NCBI RefSeq assembly: GCF_023585785.1
Contig: NZ_CP097765.1
Location: 630,001 to 662,000 of the forward strand
From: Blochmannia endosymbiont of Camponotus modoc
Lineage (GTDB): Bacteria > Pseudomonadota > Gammaproteobacteria > Enterobacterales > Enterobacteriaceae
Direction of reading: 5' to 3'
Length of the DNA stretch: 32,000 nt
Every line of letters starts with the position of its first letter. Position 1 is the stretch's first letter. The translations under genes were made by a program, and so were the position numbers. Positions 8,711 through 19,430 of the stretch are shown here, piece by piece. A model generated the notes under the pieces. That model saw only the letters and a list, made by a program, of their open reading frames with translations. It made no database searches and was not told the origin of the DNA.

Positions 8711-10351
8711 ATGAACGGAGCTCAGTGGACCATAAAAGCGCTGAGAAAAAAAGGTGTGGAAATTATTTTTGGTTATCCGGGTGGGGCAATTATGCCGATA
8801 TATGATGCACTGTTTGACTCTGAAGTAGAGCATTTATTATGTAGGCATGAGCAAGGTGCAATTATGTCTGCTATAGGATACGCTCGAGCTACTGGAAAAA
8901 TTGGTGTATGTTTTGCGACCTCTGGTCCAGGAGCTACTAACCTCATCACTGGATTAGCTGATGCATTATTAGATTCCATCCCTATAGTAGCTATTACTGG
9001 ACAAGTGGGATTAGAATTTATTGGTACTGATGCATTTCAAGAAATAGATGTATTAGGTTTATCTTTAGCTTGCACTAAACATAGCTTTTTAGTGCATTCA
9101 TTAAACATGCTACCTAATATTATTGATGAAGCATTTTTTATTGCTTCTGAAGGCAGACCAGGTCCAGTGTTAATAGATATACCAAAAGACATTCAATTAT
9201 CTACTGGCAAATTAATCTCAAACTACTATATTAATAAAAAAGATATTTGTAGTATTGAAAGTGATATAGAAAAAGCTCGAGTGCTAATGCTGCAAGCATG
9301 TCAACCGATACTTTATGTAGGCGGAGGTGTAGGTATGGCTGGAGCAGTAACTTCATTACGTACATTTATTTCTAAAACCAAAATACCTACTGTAGTCACA
9401 TTAAAAGGACTAGGTGCACCAGATTATACAGAAGATTGTTATCTAGGAATGTTAGGCATGCATGGAAATCAAGCAGCTAATTTAGCAGTACAAAAATCTG
9501 ATTTATTAATTGCGATAGGAGCTCGATTTGACGATAGAGTAACTGGACGATTACATACTTTTGCTCCACAAGCAAAAGTAATTCATGTGGATATTGATCC
9601 TTCAGAATTTAGTAAACTGCGCTTAGCAAATGTTTCTTTATCTGGCAATTTAAATGATTTGTTATCTGCGCTAACACAATCTTTGTCTATTGATCCATGG
9701 AGAAAAAAAGTAAAATCTTTAAAATTAAAGTATCGCTGGTCTTATCAATCATCTGATGATAAGATTTATGCTCCAACTTTATTACGAACAATCAGCGAAA
9801 ATGCCCCTTACGATACTGTGGTTACTACAGATGTTGGGCAACATCAAATGTGGGCTGCTCAACATATGCAATTCAGTCGTCCAGAGAATTTTATTACTTC
9901 TGGAGGCCTGGGAACCATGGGGTTTGGCACGCCCGCAGCTATTGGGGCTCAAATTGGCCGACCCAATCATATGGTGATATGTATTTCTGGTGATGGTTCA
10001 TTTATGATGAACGTACAAGAGCTCGCCACTATTAAACGTAAAAATTTGCCTATTAAAATTGTTTTGTTAGATAATCAACGTTTAGGAATGGTGCGTCAAT
10101 GGCAACAATTATTTTTCAATAAACGTTACAGTGAAACTACATTAACAGATAATCCCAACTTTCTTGTTTTGGCTAAAGCGTTTGATATTCATGGAGTACG
10201 TATTACTTATACATCTCAAATTTTAGACGCAATTAATATGTTATTTACACACACAGGACCTTTTTTGCTACATGCGCTGATTAATGAACATGAAAACGTT
10301 TGGCCATTGGTTCCACCTGGTTCTTCAAATGATGCTATGTTGGAGCAGTAA
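8711..10351 (+). CDS. ilvG: Acetolactate synthase II (AHAS II), large catalytic subunit, full length
   Basis: The 546-aa ORF begins MNGAQW and is collinear with E. coli IlvG over its whole length. Shared blocks include [96 protein letters not shown] and [17 protein letters not shown]. The K-12 frameshift is absent. AGGAAAG lies upstream. Confidence 0.96.
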   Translation: MNGAQWTIKALRKKGVEIIFGYPGGAIMPIYDALFDSEVEHLLCRHEQGAIMSAIGYARATGKIGVCFATSGPGATNLITGLADALLDSIPIVAITGQVGLEFIGTDAFQEIDVLGLSLACTKHSFLVHSLNMLPNIIDEAFFIASEGRPGPVLIDIPKDIQLSTGKLISNYYINKKDICSIESDIEKARVLMLQACQPILYVGGGVGMAGAVTSLRTFISKTKIPTVVTLKGLGAPDYTEDCYLGMLGMHGNQAANLAVQKSDLLIAIGARFDDRVTGRLHTFAPQAKVIHVDIDPSEFSKLRLANVSLSGNLNDLLSALTQSLSIDPWRKKVKSLKLKYRWSYQSSDDKIYAPTLLRTISENAPYDTVVTTDVGQHQMWAAQHMQFSRPENFITSGGLGTMGFGTPAAIGAQIGRPNHMVICISGDGSFMMNVQELATIKRKNLPIKIVLLDNQRLGMVRQWQQLFFNKRYSETTLTDNPNFLVLAKAFDIHGVRITYTSQILDAINMLFTHTGPFLLHALINEHENVWPLVPPGSSNDAMLEQ

Positions 10352-10352
10352 T

Positions 10353-10589
10353 ATGACACATTATTCGTTGTTTATAAAAGCCAGGTTTTGCCCAGAGGTA
10401 CTTGAACGTATTCTCCGGGTTATTCGTCATCGTGGATTTGAGTTACATACATTAAATATGTTGTCATATAGTAAGTTCAACAAGAAGAAAATAAACATTT
10501 TATTAACTGTTTCTAGCAATAGAGCAATATATTTATTATCTGCACAATTAAATAAATTAATGGATATACATTATATTAAAATTGAATAA
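10353..10589 (+). CDS. ilvM: Acetolactate synthase II small subunit
   Basis: From the ATG at 10353, one nucleotide after the ilvG stop (TAATATG, suggesting translational coupling), the 78-aa product carries ARF.PE.LER.LRV.RHRGF......NM and LNKL.D, as E. coli IlvM does. The track ORF start at 10284 lies inside ilvG and was rejected. Confidence 0.88.
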   Translation: MTHYSLFIKARFCPEVLERILRVIRHRGFELHTLNMLSYSKFNKKKINILLTVSSNRAIYLLSAQLNKLMDIHYIKIE

Positions 10590-10649
10590 ATTAAAAAATA
10601 ACAATTACATTCATACTTTCTTCGACTATATTACCGAGGAAGATATCAG

Positions 10650-11570
10650 ATGAATATATCACACTTTATTTGGTTTAATGGGGAAATCGTACCATGGCAG
10701 GAAGCTAAAGTACATGTAATGTCTCACGCTTTGCATTATGGATCATCAGTATTTGAAGGTATGAGATGTTATAATTCACATAAAGGTCCCGTTATATTTC
10801 GTCATCGTGAACACATACAAAGATTATATAATTCCGCAAAAATTTATCGTATGCCTATTTCTTGGAGTATTGATGATTTAATGGAAGCTTGTAGAACTAT
10901 TATTCGAAAGAATAATTTAATTAATGCATATATCCGTCCTCTCGTATTTATTGGAAATGTAGGTATGAAAATTAATCCGACTCCCGGATACGCCACCGAC
11001 ATTGCTATAGCAGCTTTTTCTTGGTTGCCTTATCTGGGAGAAAATTCTTTGAAACAAGGGATTGATGTTATGGTATCTTCCTGGAATAGAGTTCCAGCAA
11101 ATACCCTTCCAAGCACAGCGAAGGCTGGCGGAAATTACCTATCATCTATGTTAATTAGTAATGAAGCGCACCGAAATGGTTATCAAGAAGGAATAGGTTT
11201 AGATATATATGGTTATATTTCAGAAGGTGCTGGTGAAAATTTATTTGAAGTTAAAAATAATGTTCTTTTAACGCCACCATGTGCTTCTTCTATTTTACCT
11301 GGAGTCACACGTGATGCTATTATTAAGTTAGCAGTAAATATTGGTTTAGAAGTACAAGAACAAGTATTGTCCCGTGAATCTCTATACATAGCTGATGAAA
11401 TATTTATGTCTGGTACTGCTGCCGAAATAACTCCAGTACGTAGTGTAGATGGAATTAAGGTAGGTGCTGGTACATGCGGACCTATTACTAAAAAATTACA
11501 GCACTTATTTTTTAACTTATTTACCGGAATTACTGAAGATCAATGGAATTGGTTAGATCCAGTGCACTAG
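10650..11570 (+). CDS. ilvE: Branched-chain amino acid aminotransferase
   Basis: The 306-aa ORF is collinear with E. coli IlvE. Shared blocks include IWFNGE.V.W..AKVHVMSHALHYG.SVFEG.RCY.SHKGPV.FRHREH, AKAGGNYLSS, GYISEGAGENLFEVK, LSRESLY.ADE.FMSGTAAEITPVRSVDGI and the W.WLD ending. GAGGAAG lies upstream. Confidence 0.96.
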   Translation: MNISHFIWFNGEIVPWQEAKVHVMSHALHYGSSVFEGMRCYNSHKGPVIFRHREHIQRLYNSAKIYRMPISWSIDDLMEACRTIIRKNNLINAYIRPLVFIGNVGMKINPTPGYATDIAIAAFSWLPYLGENSLKQGIDVMVSSWNRVPANTLPSTAKAGGNYLSSMLISNEAHRNGYQEGIGLDIYGYISEGAGENLFEVKNNVLLTPPCASSILPGVTRDAIIKLAVNIGLEVQEQVLSRESLYIADEIFMSGTAAEITPVRSVDGIKVGAGTCGPITKKLQHLFFNLFTGITEDQWNWLDPVH

Positions 11571-11650
11571 CAATACTAAATTGATACAAATATTAATTCT
11601 TAAGATAATCAATATTCAATAATATAGAGGATACTGGAGTTTTAACTATT

Positions 11651-13501
11651 ATGCCTAAATATCGCTCTACTACTACTACGCACGGTCGTAATATGACTGG
11701 TGCTCGAGCATTATGGCGTGCTACAGGTATGACCACTGAAGATTTTGATAAAATGATTATTGCTGTGGTTAATTCATTTACCCAATTTGTTCCTGGGCAC
11801 ATACATTTACGAAACGTAGGAGAATTAGTGTCTGAACAAATTAATATTACCGGAGGAGTTGCAAAAGAATTTAATACTATTGCAATAGACGATGGAATTG
11901 CCATGGGTCATAGCGGCATGCTATATTCTTTGCCATCTAGAGATCTTATTGCTGATTCTGTGGAATATATGATTAATGCTCATTGCGTTGATGCTATGGT
12001 ATGCATTTCTAATTGCGATAAAATAACACCTGGAATGTTAATGGCGGCATTACGCTTAAATATTCCAGCTATCTTTGTATCAGGTGGACCAATGGAATCT
12101 GGTACAATAGCTTTTTCTAATCAAAACGTTAAGTTAAATTTAATTGACGCGATCACTTGTTCCGTAGATCCTAATATTTCTGATGTTGATCAACAACGCA
12201 TTGAATCAGCGGCGTGTCCTACATGCGGATCTTGTTCAGGGATGTTTACGGCGAACTCCATGAATTGCTTAACAGAAGCATTGGGATTAGCACAACCGGG
12301 TAATGGATCGTTGTTGGCTACTCATTCCGATCGCAAAAAATTATTTTTAAATGCTGGTAAATATATTGTTCATTTAGCTAAATCTTATTATGAAGAGAAT
12401 AATTATTCTGTTCTACCGCGTAATATAGCTAACAAGTCTTCCTTTGAAAATGCAATGATGTTAGACATTGCAATGGGTGGCTCTACTAATACTGTATTAC
12501 ACTTACTTGCGGCCGCTCAAGAAGGAGAGATAGATTTCACTATGGCAGATATTGATAAGCTATCTCGAAAAGTACCGCATTTATGCAAAGTAGCTCCAAA
12601 TACTCAACGATATCACATGGAAGATTTTCATCGAGCCGGAGGAGTAATGGGTGTGCTTGGTGAATTACATCGTTGTGGCTTGTTACATGAAGACACACGT
12701 AATATATTGAATAAATCTTTATTAGAAACGTTATTAAGTTATGATATTGTTTCATGTGATAATTTCGAATCAAAAAATATGTATGCTGCAGCGCCAGCAG
12801 GAATACGTAGCATACAAGCTTTTATGCAAAAAAACAGATGGACTTCGTTAGATACGGATCGTTGCTCGGGATGTATTCGTTCACGTGAACATGCTTATAG
12901 CCAAGATGGAGGTTTAGCAGTATTGTACGGCAATCTTGCTGTAGATGGATGTCTTGTAAAAACAGCTGGAGTTCATATAAACCTTCAAAAATTTAGTGGA
13001 CCAGCTAAGGTGTATGAGAGTCAAGAGGAATCTGTTCAAGCAATTTTAACAGGAAATGTACATTCTGGCGATATTATTGTAATTCGATATGAAGGACCAA
13101 AAGGTGGACCAGGTATGCAAGAAATGTTATATCCAACATCTTTTCTTAAATCCATGGGGTTGGATTTGTGTTGCGCTTTGATTACAGATGGTAGATTTTC
13201 AGGAGGAACATCAGGACTATCTATTGGTCATATATCTCCGGAAGCAGCTAATAAAGGATTAATTGGACTAGTACATGACGGGGACATAATTAATATCGAT
13301 ATTAGCATGCGTAGTATTACTTTAGAAGTTTCTGAGCATATATTAAAAATACGACATGCAGCAGAAATTGCTCGAGGAAATAAAGCGTGGACTCCAACAA
13401 ACAGAAATAGAAACATATCTATTTCTTTAAAAGCATACGCCCACTTAGTAACAAGCGCAGACAAAGGCGCGGTTCGTGATAAATCTAAATTATTAGGATA
13501 A
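11651..13501 (+). CDS. ilvD: Dihydroxy-acid dehydratase
   Basis: The 616-aa ORF starts [25 protein letters not shown] and ends [14 protein letters not shown], the same length as and collinear with E. coli IlvD. The Fe-S ligand region [11 protein letters not shown] and the [25 protein letters not shown] block are both present. Confidence 0.97.
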   Translation: MPKYRSTTTTHGRNMTGARALWRATGMTTEDFDKMIIAVVNSFTQFVPGHIHLRNVGELVSEQINITGGVAKEFNTIAIDDGIAMGHSGMLYSLPSRDLIADSVEYMINAHCVDAMVCISNCDKITPGMLMAALRLNIPAIFVSGGPMESGTIAFSNQNVKLNLIDAITCSVDPNISDVDQQRIESAACPTCGSCSGMFTANSMNCLTEALGLAQPGNGSLLATHSDRKKLFLNAGKYIVHLAKSYYEENNYSVLPRNIANKSSFENAMMLDIAMGGSTNTVLHLLAAAQEGEIDFTMADIDKLSRKVPHLCKVAPNTQRYHMEDFHRAGGVMGVLGELHRCGLLHEDTRNILNKSLLETLLSYDIVSCDNFESKNMYAAAPAGIRSIQAFMQKNRWTSLDTDRCSGCIRSREHAYSQDGGLAVLYGNLAVDGCLVKTAGVHINLQKFSGPAKVYESQEESVQAILTGNVHSGDIIVIRYEGPKGGPGMQEMLYPTSFLKSMGLDLCCALITDGRFSGGTSGLSIGHISPEAANKGLIGLVHDGDIINIDISMRSITLEVSEHILKIRHAAEIARGNKAWTPTNRNRNISISLKAYAHLVTSADKGAVRDKSKLLG

Positions 13502-13509
13502 CATCCTAA

Positions 13510-15054
13510 ATGAAAAAAATTTATTCTTTTTCTCATGCTCCATGTCCTGCAGAGTATCTACGTACTGCTTTGCGCTCTCATGTGTATGAAGTAGCGCAAA
13601 TAACTCCATTACAAATTATGAACAAATTATCAGAACGTCTTGAAAATACAGTATTAGTTAAACGAGAAGATAGACAGCCGGTACATAGCTTTAAACTACG
13701 TGGAGCTTATGCTATGATCTCAAGTCTTAATGAAACACAAAAATCTTCTGGAGTTATTACCGCTTCAGCAGGTAATCACGCTCAGGGGGTAGCTTTTTCT
13801 GCTACTCGTCTAGGTATTACATCTTTGATTGTGATGCCTATAAATACCGCTGACATAAAAATAGATGCAGTACGTGATTTTGGAGGAAAACCGTTATTAT
13901 GTGGAGCTAATTTTGATGAGGCTAAAATTAAAGCTATGTATTTAGCTGATAAACATCAATTAACTTTTATTCCTCCATTTGATCATCCAACGGTAATCGC
14001 GGGACAAGGAACATTAGCTATGGAATTATTGCAGCAAGATGCTCATTTAGATCGCATTTTTGTTCCAGTAGGAGGAGGTGGTTTAGCTGCAGGTGTTTCT
14101 GTATTAATTAAACATCTTATGCCACAAATAAAAGTTATAGGAGTTGAATCAGCAGAATCGGCTTCTTTGTGTGCCGCCTTATCGGCCGGTATGCCAGTAT
14201 GGTTACATAAAGTAGGTCTATTTGCTGAAGGAGTAGCTGTACGATGTGTTGGCAATGAAACATTTCGTCTATGTCAAGAATACCTAGATGATGTAATTAC
14301 AGTGGATAATGATGCAATTTGCGCTGCAATAAAAGATTTATTCGAAGACGTACGTGCTATTGCTGAACCCTCAGGTGCGTTAGCATTAGCTGGAATGAAG
14401 AAGTATATTCAAAAATATGCAATTCGAGGTGAAAGATTAGCTCATGTTCTTTCAGGTGCCAATATAAATTTTCATGAACTACGTTATATTTCAGAACGTT
14501 GCGAACTAGGAGAACAACGAGAAGCGTTAATGGCGATTACTATTCCAGAAAAAAAAGGTAGTTTTTTAGAATTCTATAAAATATTAGGAAACAGATCAGT
14601 AACAGAATTTAATTATCGCTTCAATGGATCTAAAAACGTTTGTATTTTTATTGGTATACGTTTGAAGCACGGACTTTCCGAAAGAAAAACAATAGTTCAA
14701 GAAATACTCGCTAATGGTTTTCACGTTGTAGATTTATCTGACGACGAGATGGCTAAATTGCATGTTAGATACATGGTAGGAGCACGTTTATTCCAGCCTT
14801 TACAGGAGCGAATTTTTAGTTTTGAGTTCCCAGAAGCTCCAGGAGCATTATTGAAATTTCTTCATACTTTAGGTGCTAATTGGAATATCTCTTTATTTCA
14901 TTATAGAAATCATGGTACTGATTACGGACGTGTTCTAGCCGGGTTTGAACTATCTAATCAAAAAGAATCAGAATTTAAAGAATATCTATCTAAATTAGGA
15001 TACGAATGGCACGATGTTACAACTAATCCAGTGTTTGAAGTATTTTTAAATTAA
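13510..15054 (+). CDS. ilvA: Threonine deaminase (biosynthetic threonine dehydratase) with its C-terminal regulatory domains retained
   Basis: The 514-aa ORF is collinear with E. coli IlvA (514 aa). Shared blocks include the PLP-Lys motif VKREDRQPVHSFKLRGAYAM, ITASAGNHAQGVAF, PVGGGGLAAGV, SGANxNFHxLRY.SERCELGEQREAL, DLSDDEMAKLHVRYMVG and WNISLFHYR.HGTDYGRVLA. It starts 8 nt after the ilvD stop. Confidence 0.97.
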   Translation: MKKIYSFSHAPCPAEYLRTALRSHVYEVAQITPLQIMNKLSERLENTVLVKREDRQPVHSFKLRGAYAMISSLNETQKSSGVITASAGNHAQGVAFSATRLGITSLIVMPINTADIKIDAVRDFGGKPLLCGANFDEAKIKAMYLADKHQLTFIPPFDHPTVIAGQGTLAMELLQQDAHLDRIFVPVGGGGLAAGVSVLIKHLMPQIKVIGVESAESASLCAALSAGMPVWLHKVGLFAEGVAVRCVGNETFRLCQEYLDDVITVDNDAICAAIKDLFEDVRAIAEPSGALALAGMKKYIQKYAIRGERLAHVLSGANINFHELRYISERCELGEQREALMAITIPEKKGSFLEFYKILGNRSVTEFNYRFNGSKNVCIFIGIRLKHGLSERKTIVQEILANGFHVVDLSDDEMAKLHVRYMVGARLFQPLQERIFSFEFPEAPGALLKFLHTLGANWNISLFHYRNHGTDYGRVLAGFELSNQKESEFKEYLSKLGYEWHDVTTNPVFEVFLN

Positions 15055-15115
15055 TAAAACATTGTGATGGAAAGTTATTAAATTATTTTTTAACATTATT
15101 TTAAAGAGATATTTT

Positions 15116-16591
15116 ATGACTAATTATTTTAATACATTAACTTTCATAGAAAAATTAAAACATTTGGGAAAATGTCGATTTATGAGTAACAATGAATTTT
15201 CTGATGGAATTCAGGCATTATTATCTAAAAAAGTAGCTATAATAGGCTGTGGGTCTCAAGGTTTGAATCAAGGTTTAAATATGAGAGATTCTGGGGTAAA
15301 TATTACATACGCTTTACGTCGTGAATCTATTCTTAATAAACAAGAATCTTGGAAAAGAGCAACACAGAACGGATTTCCTGTAGGAACTTATGACGAAATT
15401 ATTCCTAAATCAGATGTAGTTATTAATTTAACTCCAGATAAATGTCACACATCAGTGATACGACAAATAGAACCTTTAATGAAACATGGATCCACATTGG
15501 GGTATTCACATGGATTTCATATTGTAGAAGTTGGAGAAAAAATTCGTCAAGATATTACTGTCATCATGGTTGCTCCAAAATGTCCCGGTACAGAAGTTCG
15601 TCAAGAATATCAACGAGGATTTGGGGTACCTGCTTTAATCGCCGTACACGAAGAAAACGATACATATGATATGGGCATGACATTAGCAAAATCCTGGGCA
15701 TTTGCACTTGGTAGTCATCGTGCTGGGGTATTAGAATCTTCATTTGTAGCAGAAGTTAAATCAGATCTTATGGGAGAACAAACTATTTTATGTGGAATGT
15801 TACAAGCCGGATCCATTCTTTGTTTTGATTATATGATTAGCAATGGTGTTAATGCTGCATACGCAGGAAAATTCATTCAATGTGGCTGGGAAGTCATAAC
15901 TGAAGCATTAAAACAAGGAGGTATTACATTAATGATGGATCGATTATCTAACGCTTCTAAGATACGTGCTTTTATATTATCTGAAAAACTAAAAAATATA
16001 TTAAAACCAGTTTTTGAAAAACATATGGAAAATATACTTAATGGAATATTTTCTAAAGAAATGATGTTGGATTGGGAAAATAATGATGCTAAATTACTTA
16101 ATTGGAGAGAAAAAACCAGTCAACTTCCATTAGAACAAGCTCCACATTATCAACAAGAAATTTTGGAACAAACATATTTTGATTATGGGATATTAATGGT
16201 AGCTATAATCAAATCAGGTATAGAATTATCCTTTGACACGATGATAAAATCTGGAATAGCACCAGAATCAGCATATTATGAATCATTACACGAGTTACCT
16301 TTGATTGCAAATACTATAGCTCGTAAAAAATTATATGAAATGAATATGGTAATTTCTGACACCGCAGAATACGGTAATTATTTATTTTGTGATACGGTAG
16401 TACCTTTGTTAAAAACGACTATAATACCTAATTTAAGAACAGGAGATTTAGGTATGTCATCCAAGAATGTTAACGTTGATAACATTGTTTTGCGTAATAC
16501 TAATGACATGATTCGAAATCATACAATAGAAAAAGTTGGAATTCAACTAAGAAGTTATATGCAAAACATGAAAAGTCTATCATTTAATTAA
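15116..16591 (+). CDS. ilvC: Ketol-acid reductoisomerase (class II, 491 aa)
   Basis: The ORF starts M.NYFNTL, is the same length as E. coli IlvC and is collinear with it. Shared blocks include [91 protein letters not shown] and [39 protein letters not shown]. Confidence 0.97.
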   Translation: MTNYFNTLTFIEKLKHLGKCRFMSNNEFSDGIQALLSKKVAIIGCGSQGLNQGLNMRDSGVNITYALRRESILNKQESWKRATQNGFPVGTYDEIIPKSDVVINLTPDKCHTSVIRQIEPLMKHGSTLGYSHGFHIVEVGEKIRQDITVIMVAPKCPGTEVRQEYQRGFGVPALIAVHEENDTYDMGMTLAKSWAFALGSHRAGVLESSFVAEVKSDLMGEQTILCGMLQAGSILCFDYMISNGVNAAYAGKFIQCGWEVITEALKQGGITLMMDRLSNASKIRAFILSEKLKNILKPVFEKHMENILNGIFSKEMMLDWENNDAKLLNWREKTSQLPLEQAPHYQQEILEQTYFDYGILMVAIIKSGIELSFDTMIKSGIAPESAYYESLHELPLIANTIARKKLYEMNMVISDTAEYGNYLFCDTVVPLLKTTIIPNLRTGDLGMSSKNVNVDNIVLRNTNDMIRNHTIEKVGIQLRSYMQNMKSLSFN

Positions 16592-16822
16592 TGATTAAAA
16601 CAGGACTAAATTTTTGTAATTACCCGCGACATTATTACAATGAAAGATCATTGAGTTGATTCCCAAATAAGAATGAATTTATTTTGAATAAAAACAATAA
16701 AAAATCATGTTACATAATCAGTTATATAAATAACTTTATATATTCAACAATATACATAAAATAAATAAATTAATAATAATGATATATAATGATTAGAAGA
16801 AAATAAATTATAAGGAGGATAA

Positions 16823-17149
16823 ATGAATCAAATTATCATGCACCTAACAGATTCTAATTTTAAAGAAACGGTGTCAAACTCTACCAATCTTTTTTTAGTT
16901 GATTTTTGGGCTGAATGGTGCAATCCCTGTAAAGCAATGATACCTATTTTAGAAGATATCGCTGTTGAGTTTAATGACACATTAAAAGTAGCAAAATTAA
17001 ACATAGATGAAAACCCAATAACTACAAAAAACTATGGGATTAAGAGTATCCCAACTTTATTATTGATTCGTCATGGAACGGTGTTATCTACTAAAGTAGG
17101 GTTGCTGTCCAAACAAAAATTACAAGAATTTTTAAAGATACATATATAA
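16823..17149 (+). CDS. trxA: Thioredoxin 1 with a variant active site (WCNPC instead of WCGPC)
   Basis: The 108-aa ORF is collinear with E. coli TrxA (IIHLTD..F, VDFWAEWC.PCK, VAKLNID.NP, cis-Pro motif IPTLLL, TKVG.LSK..L.EFL). A strong Shine-Dalgarno sequence, TAAGGAGGATAA, precedes the ATG. The active-site codons are TGC AAT CCC TGT at 16919-16930. Confidence 0.95.
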   Translation: MNQIIMHLTDSNFKETVSNSTNLFLVDFWAEWCNPCKAMIPILEDIAVEFNDTLKVAKLNIDENPITTKNYGIKSIPTLLLIRHGTVLSTKVGLLSKQKLQEFLKIHI

Positions 17150-17287
17150 ATGAGCACTTATTTGAAACATTTATAATTTTTAAAATTATTTTATATGTTA
17201 GTAGACGTTTCTTTAGGATTACAGTAGAATGACAACATGTCGTATATGATTAATTATAAATGTTTAATTTATAATGGAATATAAATA

Positions 17288-17314
17288 TATTGCCACTATG
17301 TAATAGTGGCAATA
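17288..17314 (+). terminator. 12-bp perfect inverted repeat (3-nt spacer) downstream of trxA, a possible terminator or leader structure
   Basis: TATTGCCACTAT (17288-17299), GTA, then ATAGTGGCAATA (17303-17314). It lies 139 nt after the trxA stop inside the trxA-rho spacer. No clear U-tract follows, so function is uncertain. Confidence 0.35.
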
Positions 17315-17574
17315 ACAGGTAATACAATTAAATTAATTATAGACTATATTTCCAATATGGTTGTAAAGATTACCGATGGATTTTTTATAAATCTATTTTC
17401 TGTGATAATCCGATAGTAAGTAAACACTTTAACGTTTATTCATGCTAGAAATTGTAGGCATGGGATAAACAATTAAATATGTGTTGTAAGGGAAATTATT
17501 CCATTATGTTACATGTATACTTTATCTTTGTAATACCGACAGTGTATATAACTCCAATTTAAGAATCCATAATT

Positions 17575-18834
17575 ATGAATCTTACAAAATTAAAAAACAT
17601 ACCAGTTTCTGAATTAGTACATCTCGGAGAAAGTATGGGTCTGGAAAATTTAGCACGTATGCGCAAGCAAGATATTATCTTTGCTATTTTTAAACAACAT
17701 GCTAAAACTGGAGAAGATATTTTTGGGGATGGTGTATTAGAAATATTACAAGACGGTTTTGGGTTTCTTAGATCTAGTGATAGCTCTTATCTTGCTGGAC
17801 CAGATGATATTTATGTGTCTCCAAGCCAGATTCGTCGTTTTAATTTACGTACTGGAGATACTATTTCTGGGAAAATTAGACCTCCAAAAGAAGGTGAACG
17901 TTATTTTGCATTGCTTAAAGTAAATGATGTAAATTATGATAAACCGGAAAATGCTCGTAATAAAATTTTGTTTGAAAATCTTACTCCATTACATGCCAAT
18001 TCACGATTACGCATGGAAAGAGGAAATGGTTCTACGGAAGATTTAACCGCGAGAGTATTGGACCTAGCATCACCTATTGGGCGCGGACAGCGCGGTTTAA
18101 TTGTAGCGCCTCCTAAAGCCGGAAAAACTATACTTCTTCAAAATATTGCACAAAGCATTAGTCATAATCATCCAGACTGCGTATCAATAGTACTTTTAAT
18201 AGATGAACGTCCAGAAGAAGTTACTGAAATGCAACGCTTAGTGCACGGAGAAGTCATTGCATCTACTTTTGATGAGCCAGCATCTCGTCATGTTCAAGTA
18301 TCTGAAATGGTAATTGAGAAAGCTAAGCGATTAGTAGAACACAAAAAAGATGTTATTATTTTGTTAGATTCCATTACTCGATTAGCAAGAGCCTATAATA
18401 CTATAGTACCTTCATCCGGAAAAGTGTTGACAGGAGGGGTTGATGCTAATGCTTTACATCGTCCAAAACGCTTTTTCGGAGCGGCTCGTAATATGGAAGA
18501 AGGAGGAAGCTTAACTATTATAGCTACTGCTTTAATAGATACTGGATCAAAAATGGATGAAGTAATTTATGAAGAATTTAAAGGAACTGGCAATATGGAA
18601 CTACATTTATCAAGGAAAATAGCTGAAAAGCGTGTTTTCCCGGCTATTGATTACAATCGTTCTGGAACTAGGAAAGAAGAACTGTTAACTACTCAAGATG
18701 AACTGCAAAAAATATGGATTTTACGAAAAATTATTCATCCAATGAGTGAAATTGATGCAATGGAATTCATGATGAATAAATTATCTATGACTAAAACCAA
18801 TGATGAATTCTTTGATATGATGAAGCGCTGCTAA
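17575..18834 (+). CDS. rho: Transcription termination factor Rho
   Basis: The 419-aa ORF is the same length as E. coli Rho and near-identical in long blocks. These include [79 protein letters not shown], Walker [22 protein letters not shown] and [25 protein letters not shown]. Confidence 0.98.
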   Translation: MNLTKLKNIPVSELVHLGESMGLENLARMRKQDIIFAIFKQHAKTGEDIFGDGVLEILQDGFGFLRSSDSSYLAGPDDIYVSPSQIRRFNLRTGDTISGKIRPPKEGERYFALLKVNDVNYDKPENARNKILFENLTPLHANSRLRMERGNGSTEDLTARVLDLASPIGRGQRGLIVAPPKAGKTILLQNIAQSISHNHPDCVSIVLLIDERPEEVTEMQRLVHGEVIASTFDEPASRHVQVSEMVIEKAKRLVEHKKDVIILLDSITRLARAYNTIVPSSGKVLTGGVDANALHRPKRFFGAARNMEEGGSLTIIATALIDTGSKMDEVIYEEFKGTGNMELHLSRKIAEKRVFPAIDYNRSGTRKEELLTTQDELQKIWILRKIIHPMSEIDAMEFMMNKLSMTKTNDEFFDMMKRC

Positions 18835-19145
18835 TTTATTGCAATAGTTATCGTTTACTGTATTAACACATATTTTAAAAAAAAGACTATTTGCTATTTT
18901 CTATGGCGACAATTTTTCAGATTTTTATATAAAAATTTATTTAATAAATTATCTATATACAATTTTTAATTGTTGTCCTCGCATATTTTTCATAATGGTT
19001 TATTTTTATGAATTAAGTATTATGGCGGTATTTAGAATACTTACATACCCATATATTTCTAATATCTTCATGTATAAGTAATAAATTTTTAATTAATTAT
19101 TTCTGTAATATGTATATGATACAAATATCAGATATATGATAAAAT

Positions 19146-19187
19146 ATGTAGATGTAGATGTAGATGTAGATGTAGATGTTGAAGATG
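19146..19187. repeat. Hexanucleotide microsatellite (ATGTAG/GTAGAT)n: 5.7 perfect units followed by about 1.5 degenerate units
   Basis: Read directly from the sequence: ATGTAG occurs 5 times plus ATGT with no mismatch (19146-19179), then TGAAGATG. The unit's complement CATCTAC occurs at 19206-19212. Confidence 0.9.
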
Positions 19188-19430
19188 TGTCCACATTATT
19201 TCTCTCATCTACTATATAGTTTTATGGGTATATCAATATTTATAAATATTTTTTATGTAAGATACACAATAAACTATAAAATATTCTTTGATTTCATAAA
19301 AATTTTTTCAGCAGTTGTTTTTAATGAAATTCAGTGAACAATATATATGTACCAAAAAAAATTATTAATGCAAATTGATTAAACTATATTTTGTTGATAT
19401 AAATTTGCATTAAATATATATGTTAATTCA

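Noticed and set aside
10284-10352. An upstream extension of the ilvM ORF into the 3' end of ilvG.
   Set aside because: IlvM homology starts at the ATG at 10353, right after the ilvG stop. The extension is simply an open alternative frame of ilvG.
11593-11904. A 103-aa ORF on the minus strand spanning the ilvE-ilvD junction. Similar antisense or overlapping ORFs occur at 12540-12773, 13228-13536, 14043-14255, 8773-8979, 9756-9977, 9782-9970, 15442-15669, 3683-3886, 3936-4142, 20891-21124, 21385-21642, 28568-28759, 30697-30900 and 30800-30997.
   Set aside because: All lie inside or antisense to strongly supported conserved genes and resemble nothing I recognise. They occur where the sense gene is relatively GC-rich, so stop codons are rare in alternative frames. 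They are typical shadow ORFs.
19148-19212. A resemblance of GTAGATG...CATCTAC to the 5' stem of the enterobacterial sRNA GlmZ, which in E. coli lies near hemY.
   Set aside because: Only a 7-nt motif is shared, the rest of GlmZ is not recognisable, and the location (rho-argX spacer) is not the syntenic aslA-hemY position. I treat it as coincidence.
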